Below, piece after piece: positions 58,445-64,000 of a DNA stretch of 64,000 nucleotides. The notes beneath the pieces were generated by a model, which worked only from the letters and a program-made list of their open reading frames with translations, was not told where the DNA came from and did not search any database. Origin of the DNA: Bacteroidota bacterium (GTDB lineage Bacteria > Bacteroidota > Bacteroidia > Bacteroidales > WCHB1-69); the NCBI GenBank assembly GCA_022708105.1, contig JAKIZI010000001.1:16942-80941 (forward strand). Direction: 5' to 3'. The position numbers and the translations under genes were made by a program. Positions within the stretch are counted from its first letter, which is position 1, and every line of letters begins with the position of its first letter.

Positions 58445-59410
58445 ATGGGCATGAAAACCATAAAAGAATTTAAAGGATTAGCCGGTATATCAAAGAAATT
58501 TGAAAATTACAACTGGCTTTATTCCCTTATTATTTGTGCTTGTTTTTTCCCATTTATGTCACCGGCAATTGCTTTATTTATTGGCTTACTGTTTTCTATT
58601 ATCGGACTCAGGCATGAAAATTTACATAAGTACACCTCAAAAATTCTTCAGGCATCCATAGTTTTAATGGGTTTCGGGATGAGTCTTGAAACTGTAATTT
58701 CATCCTCAAAAACGGGTTTTATGGAGACGATTGTTTCTGTAACTACGGTCATGTTATTAGGGATTTTCCTGGGAAGATTGTTTAAAGTTGAAAAAAATAT
58801 TGCATTGCTTATTTCTACGGGAACGGCTATTTGTGGAGGAAGTGCCATCGCTGCTGTGGCACCGATACTTAACAGCAAAAACTATCAAACCTCGTTTGCA
58901 CTTATCGTAGTTTTTGTGCTGAATGCAGTAGCTTTATTTTTGTTCCCGTTTATCGGACATCAATTAGGGTTAAGTCAGGAAACTTTCGGAAATTGGGCGG
59001 CCATTGCTATTCATGATACCAGTTCGGTGGTTGGTGCCGGGGCAATTTATGGGGAACAGGCATTGCAGGTAGCTACCACGGTAAAACTTATCCGGGCTTT
59101 GTGGATTATTCCGTTAGCCCTCGTAATTGCACTTATGACTAAAGGCGGAGAAAAAAAATCAATTAAATTTCCATGGTTTATTTTGTTTTTCGTATTAGCC
59201 ATTTTATTTGCCCATATATTCCCCATATTCGAGACAAGTTACGAGCATTTTAACTGGTTAGGCAAACGCGGAATGGTGATTGCTTTATTTCTGATAGGTT
59301 CAAATATCACCGTAAATGAAATTAAACAATCAGGAACAAAAAGTTTTGTATTTGGAATTATTTTATGGATTGTTATTACTCTGGGTTCGTTGTTTTTTTT
59401 AACACGATGA
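58445..59410 (+). CDS. YeiH/UPF0324-family putative sulfate exporter
   Basis: About 320-aa polytopic membrane protein with GTAICGGSAIAAVAP and AIHDTSSVVGA motifs. Confidence 0.65.
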   Translation: MGMKTIKEFKGLAGISKKFENYNWLYSLIICACFFPFMSPAIALFIGLLFSIIGLRHENLHKYTSKILQASIVLMGFGMSLETVISSSKTGFMETIVSVTTVMLLGIFLGRLFKVEKNIALLISTGTAICGGSAIAAVAPILNSKNYQTSFALIVVFVLNAVALFLFPFIGHQLGLSQETFGNWAAIAIHDTSSVVGAGAIYGEQALQVATTVKLIRALWIIPLALVIALMTKGGEKKSIKFPWFILFFVLAILFAHIFPIFETSYEHFNWLGKRGMVIALFLIGSNITVNEIKQSGTKSFVFGIILWIVITLGSLFFLTR

Positions 59411-59596
59411 GCAATGGTCATGAAAACTAATGCAAGCAAAAGAAAGCTACTAAAAGTCGGTAAAGTTGATGAAAAACCGAGGGTGTTTTAAATTTGTTAT
59501 TCATTAACTATTTAATACAATAATAAACCTCTTGCGACGTTGAACAAATAGCTGAATTAAACCTTATAAAGATAGTAATTTTTAGATTAAAAGAAT

Positions 59597-61384
59597 ATGA
59601 AAAAAAAGATTGAATTTTGTCTATTGTATCGGGATATGTGGCAATCCTCCGGAAAATATGTACCCAGAGTGGATCAATTGAAAGAGATTGCTCCGGTGAT
59701 TGTGAAGATGGGATGTTTTTCGAGAATTGAATCGAACGGTGGGGCATTTGAGCAGGTGAACTTATTGTATGGAGAGAATCCGAACACCGCGGTAAGAGAG
59801 TGGGTAAAGCCGTTCAATGAAGCGGGCATCAAGACCATGATGTTGGAGCGGGCGTTGAACGGATTGAGGATGTATCCGGTGCCTGCAGATGTGCGTCAAT
59901 TGATGTTTAAAGTGAAAAAAGCTCAGGGGGTGGACATTGCCCGTTCGTTTTGCGGGTTGAACGATCCACGGAACCTCGAACTTTCAGTAAAATATGCCAA
60001 AGAGGCTGGGATGATTTCACAGGCGGCACTCAGCATCACCTATTCGGAAATCCATACCGTAGAATATTACATGAGTGTAGTAGATGAGGTGGTGAAATTC
60101 GGAGCCGATGAGATTGCCTTAAAAGATATGGCGGGTGTTGGAAGACCGGTTATGTTAGGACGATTAGTGAAAGCCATTAAAGATAAGTACCCCCATATTT
60201 TGGTGCAGTACCATGGACACTCCGGACCGGGTTTTTCGGTAGCTTCGATGTTGGAAGTAGCCAAAAACGGGGTTGATATTATAGATGTGGCAATGGAACC
60301 GCTCTCTTGGGGAATGGTTCATCCTGATGTTATTACCATTCAGGCCATGTTGAAAGATGCCGGTTTCGATGTGCCGGAAATTAATATGAATGCTTACATG
60401 GAAGCAAGAAGTTTAACGCAGAAGTTCATTGATGACTTTTTGGGTTACTTTATTGACTCTAAAAATAAGATGATGTCTTCCTTGTTGGTCGGTTCAGGTT
60501 TGCCCGGAGGAATGATGGGATCGATGATGGCCGATTTGAAGGGTGCCCACAATGGGATCAATATGTTTTTACGAAATGCCGGAAAAAAGGAGTTGACGGA
60601 AGATGAATTATTGGTTCAATTGTTTGAAGAGGTAAGTTATGTATGGCCTAAATTGGGAAATCCTCCGTTGGTTACGCCTTTCAGTCAGTATGTAAAAAAT
60701 GTGGCGTTGATGAATATTCTCCAGATGTCGCAGGGCAAAGAGCGATACAGTCAGATTGATAAAAATACATGGGACATGATATTGGGCAGAACCGGTAAAT
60801 TGCCGGGCACGTTGGCACCGGAGATTGTAGCTTTGGCGGAAGAGAAAGGGTATGAATTCTTTACCGGAGTTCCTCAGGACAACTATCCTGATGAATTGCC
60901 TGCTTTCCGTAAAGAGATGGAAGAGCAAGGCTGGGATTTGGGACAAGATGAAGAGGAATTATTCGAGTTGGCTATGCATGATCGCCAATACCGAGATTAT
61001 AAATCAGGAGTTGCCAAGAAGAAGTTTGAAGAGGAGTTGGAAAAAGCGAAGAATAGTTCTGATATCAAAGTGGTGATTAAAGAGGTGAAAGCGCCGGAAG
61101 TGATTAAAGAGGAGCTGATTACAAAAATCAAGCAAGAACATCCGGAGGCGAAACCGGTGATCGCAACGGTTTCAGGGACGGTATTGTGGGAGTTGGCGAT
61201 AGATGAGCCTTCCATTGAGAAACCGGTGGGAACCAAGTTCGAAGAAGGTGATTTGGTATGCTTTGTTTCGGCCTATTTTGGCAATGAAGAGATCAAGGCT
61301 TTATACCCGGGAAGACTATGCTCTATAATCGCCAAACAAGGCGATAAAGTGATGAAAGGCGAAATAATTGCATTTATAGAATAA
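59597..61384 (+). CDS. carboxyltransferase 5S / oxaloacetate-decarboxylase-alpha-like protein with C-terminal biotinyl-like domain lacking the biotinylation lysine
   Basis: HMGL-like TIM-barrel homology (GADEIALKDMAGVGRP, VQYHGHSGPGFSVASMLEVAKNGVDIIDVAMEPLS) and a conserved carboxylase domain. The C-terminal hybrid-barrel region reads GDLVCFVSAYFGNEEIKA where EAMKM is expected. Confidence 0.65.
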   Translation: MKKKIEFCLLYRDMWQSSGKYVPRVDQLKEIAPVIVKMGCFSRIESNGGAFEQVNLLYGENPNTAVREWVKPFNEAGIKTMMLERALNGLRMYPVPADVRQLMFKVKKAQGVDIARSFCGLNDPRNLELSVKYAKEAGMISQAALSITYSEIHTVEYYMSVVDEVVKFGADEIALKDMAGVGRPVMLGRLVKAIKDKYPHILVQYHGHSGPGFSVASMLEVAKNGVDIIDVAMEPLSWGMVHPDVITIQAMLKDAGFDVPEINMNAYMEARSLTQKFIDDFLGYFIDSKNKMMSSLLVGSGLPGGMMGSMMADLKGAHNGINMFLRNAGKKELTEDELLVQLFEEVSYVWPKLGNPPLVTPFSQYVKNVALMNILQMSQGKERYSQIDKNTWDMILGRTGKLPGTLAPEIVALAEEKGYEFFTGVPQDNYPDELPAFRKEMEEQGWDLGQDEEELFELAMHDRQYRDYKSGVAKKKFEEELEKAKNSSDIKVVIKEVKAPEVIKEELITKIKQEHPEAKPVIATVSGTVLWELAIDEPSIEKPVGTKFEEGDLVCFVSAYFGNEEIKALYPGRLCSIIAKQGDKVMKGEIIAFIE

Positions 61385-61411
61385 AAATCCTTGTCATTTT
61401 CATTTTTTTCT

Positions 61412-61419
61412 TACTTTTG
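61412..61419 (+). promoter_or_regulatory. Bacteroidota -7 promoter box (TAnnTTTG)
   Basis: TACTTTTG lies 67 nt upstream of the GTG at 61487. Confidence 0.4.
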
Positions 61420-61486
61420 CATGGAAATGGGCAACTTATCATAAGAGGAGTTGTCTATTTCCATAATAAAGAATAGGATTTAAATA

Positions 61487-64000
61487 GTGAAATTGGTGAG
61501 CATATTCAGAGGCAAAATATTTTACTCTTTTTTTTGGGTTTTATGCTTAATGATGATATCTTTTTCCGTTTCGGGACAAGGTATGGGTAATTATTACCTG
61601 AGAACAAACACTATTGTAAGTATAACTTCATGTGCCGGTTTTATCTATGATAGCGGGGGACCTAACGCCAACTATTCCGACAATTCCGATGCACGGATTG
61701 AAGTCTTTTCGGCGCAGTCGGGATTTATGGTAACCGTCAGTGGTACTATCTGGTTGGAGACCGGAGATACCTTGATTATATATGACGGAGCAGGTATCGG
61801 AGGAACGATTCTCTTTAAAGGAACCAGCCCATCGAATGGTACTGCTTTAACCATTCCGACATACACATCAACGACAGGTCCGTTAACCATTCGTTTTATC
61901 ACCAACGGCAGCGGAAATGCACAGGGGGTGGAGTTGATGATCAGTTGCATAGACCAGAATGTTTACGTAGAAGATCCGCCTGAAGACACAGCAAGTTGTA
62001 TTAATTTTACCGACCTGACAGGTAGTCAAGTTACATGTTACTATGGTGATTTTTCAAATCCTTATGCAAATACCGGAGTTGCTGCGGGGCGGCATCAGGT
62101 AATTACAAATGTTAATCAGGTAGATCCTTACTCAAATGGGGGGTTATATTGCGTAAGACCGGGAGAAATCGCTTCGGTTCAATTAGGAAATTCTTCCGTA
62201 GGTGCACAAGCAGAGGCCATCATGTATGAGTATTATGTAGATACGAACAATTACGATATTTTGGTATTAAAATATGCAGCCGTCCTTCAAGACCCGAGTC
62301 ATACTGCTGCACAGCAGCCAAGATTTACATTCCAAATATTAAATTCTCAAAATGTGGAGATAGATCCGGTTTGCGGGTCTGCCGATTTTATATCAGGAAA
62401 TACTACGGACGGGTGGCATAATGTCAATAGCCTTTTTTGGAAAGACTGGACCAGTGTGGGAATAGACTTGTCCGCTTACCACAGACAAACCATTCGGATA
62501 CGTTTAACAACCTACGATTGCAGTCAGAGTGGTCATTTTGGCTATGCTTATTTTTCGTTTGAGTGTAAAAAGCGTAAAATTTCGGTAGAAACTTGCGGAA
62601 ATATTCAACAGAACACCTATACAGCACCCGACGGATTCCATTATAGGTGGTACTATTCCGATGATCCGGGCGTAACCTTATCCACAAATCGGAGTTATAC
62701 AGCTACGGTCGGGATGCAATCTCATATCTTATATTGCGATGTCTCTTTTGTGGACAATGCTTCATGTCATTTTACATTATTTGTAAATGTATCCCCGAGG
62801 TATCCGCTGGCAGATTTTACATACAGCAGGGTAGGGTGCAGCAACACCTTGTTTTTGAACAACACCAGCAGAACTTCTGCCGATGGGCTAACGCCGGACG
62901 GGAGCGGAAATTGGTGCGAAACGGCCTATTGGGATTTTGGGAACGGCACCACGTCAAATCTCTATTCCCCCACGGCGATTACCTATCCCGCTCCGGGAAC
63001 CTATACCATTACTATGATTGCCGGATTGGCGAACAATCAGTGTTTGGATACCGTCAGGAAGGTCGTCACGATTTTTCCCAATACAGTTCAGATTGCCGGA
63101 AATGCAGAAATTTGTAAAGGGGATACAACCACTTTGAGTGTAGCTGCCGGAGATTATGTTTATTGGAATTCAGGCCAAACTACGCATACCATCACGGTAG
63201 CTCCGGAGTCGGACAGAACCTATACGGTGGCAGCAACAACCGCCGACGGTTGTTATGCTACAGGAAGAATTGACGTACATGTCCACCCAACCTATTATTC
63301 TGAACAAATGGTTACCCTTGAAGATAACCAAACCTATTTCTTTAATGGGCAATGGATTAATTCTACAGGTGTTTATTATGAACAGCACCAAACAGTTCAT
63401 GGATGTGACAGCATTATTAAATTGACTATCCATCGCCGAATCAATCAATATGTCTCCATTTGCAGTACAGAAGTGTACTCGTTTATGGGGATGAACTTAA
63501 GTCAAACGGGCGTTTATACCGATAGTGTGCGATTTGCCAATGGTTGCGATAGTGTCTATCGGCTCCATTTAATAGTTAATCCGATATACTTCTTTCAAAC
63601 CAACCACAATATGTGTGATAATCAATCCTTCTTATGGAGGGATTCTTTGGTTGAAAATTTACCGGCAGGTTTACATTTACTCTATGATTCTATGCAAACT
63701 GCTGCAGGTTGCGATAGTATCTATTGTCTCCGCTTAATTGTCAGACCTACGACACGCATTTATGTCTATGATACCATTTGTCAAGGACAAAGTTTGCGCT
63801 TTTTGACCCAAAACTACACGGTCGAAGGGGTTTATGAAGTCACGCAAGTGCAAGCCAACGGCTGCGACCGTGTTCTGCAACTCAATCTGAAAGTTCACCC
63901 TGTCTATTTAATTCAAGACACGATTGCGATTTGCGATGACCAAACTTATAATTTCAGGGGAAGAATTCTCTCTCAACCGGGAATTTATTATGACAGTCTG
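61487..64000 (+). CDS. large secreted adhesin-like protein (signal peptide, CUB-like module, PKD-like module, Ig-like module, tandem Cys repeats); 3' end outside window; not in the supplied ORF track
   Basis: Manual translation shows the frame is open from the TAA at 61481-61483 to nt 64000 (838 codons). A signal peptide (VKLVSIFRGKIFYSFFWVLCLMMISFSVSGQG) exists only if GTG 61487, TTG 61493 or GTG 61496 initiates. PKD-like WDFGNGTTSNLYSPTAITYPAPGTYTITMIA starts at 62930. A GHFGYAYF module is present. GCD[SR] repeats at 63401, 63542, 63707 and 63860 are all in frame. Confidence 0.75.
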   Translation, partial: MKLVSIFRGKIFYSFFWVLCLMMISFSVSGQGMGNYYLRTNTIVSITSCAGFIYDSGGPNANYSDNSDARIEVFSAQSGFMVTVSGTIWLETGDTLIIYDGAGIGGTILFKGTSPSNGTALTIPTYTSTTGPLTIRFITNGSGNAQGVELMISCIDQNVYVEDPPEDTASCINFTDLTGSQVTCYYGDFSNPYANTGVAAGRHQVITNVNQVDPYSNGGLYCVRPGEIASVQLGNSSVGAQAEAIMYEYYVDTNNYDILVLKYAAVLQDPSHTAAQQPRFTFQILNSQNVEIDPVCGSADFISGNTTDGWHNVNSLFWKDWTSVGIDLSAYHRQTIRIRLTTYDCSQSGHFGYAYFSFECKKRKISVETCGNIQQNTYTAPDGFHYRWYYSDDPGVTLSTNRSYTATVGMQSHILYCDVSFVDNASCHFTLFVNVSPRYPLADFTYSRVGCSNTLFLNNTSRTSADGLTPDGSGNWCETAYWDFGNGTTSNLYSPTAITYPAPGTYTITMIAGLANNQCLDTVRKVVTIFPNTVQIAGNAEICKGDTTTLSVAAGDYVYWNSGQTTHTITVAPESDRTYTVAATTADGCYATGRIDVHVHPTYYSEQMVTLEDNQTYFFNGQWINSTGVYYEQHQTVHGCDSIIKLTIHRRINQYVSICSTEVYSFMGMNLSQTGVYTDSVRFANGCDSVYRLHLIVNPIYFFQTNHNMCDNQSFLWRDSLVENLPAGLHLLYDSMQTAAGCDSIYCLRLIVRPTTRIYVYDTICQGQSLRFLTQNYTVEGVYEVTQVQANGCDRVLQLNLKVHPVYLIQDTIAICDDQTYNFRGRILSQPGIYYDSL
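63281..64000 (+). repeat. protein-level tandem repeat (47-55 aa) ending GCD[SR]-[IV]-x2-L-x-L-x-V-x-P, at least 4.5 copies
   Basis: Units read ...NQTYFFNGQWINSTGVYYEQHQTVHGCDSIIKLTIH / CSTEVYSFMGMNLSQTGVYTDSVRFANGCDSVYRLHLIVNP / CDNQSFLWRD...LLYDSMQTAAGCDSIYCLRLIVRP / CQGQSLRFLTQNYTVEGVYEVTQVQANGCDRVLQLNLKVHP / CDDQTYNFRGRILSQPGIYYDSL... Confidence 0.8.

Noticed and set aside
59508-59747. 79-aa minus-strand ORF spanning the start of the carboxyltransferase-like gene
   Set aside because: It overlaps the 5' end of a well-supported gene and AT-rich spacer, with no recognisable features.
61672-63448. Track ORFs 61672..61950(-), 62424..62687(-), 62734..63117(+), 63170..63448(-)
   Set aside because: All lie inside, and out of frame with or antisense to, the 838-codon open frame starting at 61487, which has clear domain motifs. 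Their own translations are low-quality.

Overview
The window reads as a chromosomal segment of a low-GC Bacteroidota genome. Supporting signs are T9SS type-A and type-B C-terminal sorting domains, a gldD-like gene, Bat aerotolerance genes, a Rho with a long N-terminal extension, and recurrent TAnnTTTG -7 promoter boxes just upstream of start codons. Most of it is densely packed housekeeping: nadB, mtgA, nupG, proS, thiL, prs, rho, secG, kdsD, xerD, pth, pcm, mscL, dnaB, serA, serC, radA, kdsB, and one tRNA-Ala(GGC). I found no rRNA, CRISPR array or intact mobile element. Eight things stand out:

- **Unlisted surface protein.** A long ORF is absent from the supplied track because it runs off the 3' edge (61487..>64000). 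It needs a non-ATG start and ends in tandem Cys-containing 'GCDS' repeats.
- **Tandem paralogues.** Two colinear 609/614-aa T9SS type-B cargo genes share an unassigned Cys-rich N-terminal module (33913..37730).
- **Low-complexity lipoprotein.** An extremely Tyr/Asn/Gly/Trp- then Ser/Pro/Asn-rich lipoprotein carries perfect 39-bp coding repeats and is paired with a FadL-like barrel (9894..13192).
- **Small low-GC insertion.** Between wbqC and radA lie a decayed IS982 transposase and an AAA/DUF4143-type ATPase. The ATPase is preceded by four palindromes (GTATT-N6-AATAC) phased exactly 33 bp apart and interleaved with triplicated promoter boxes.
- **RhuM pseudogene relic.** A fragment with an in-frame stop sits after dnaB.
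- **Substituted enzyme folds.** An arginase-fold protein and a carboxyltransferase with a biotinyl-like domain both have changed catalytic or cofactor residues.
- **Exported flavodoxin-like protein.** A flavodoxin-like NAD(P)H oxidoreductase homologue carries an apparent signal peptide.
- **GC content.** The right third of the window looks GC-richer by spot counts.

All functional calls rest on motif recognition by eye. No searches were run.
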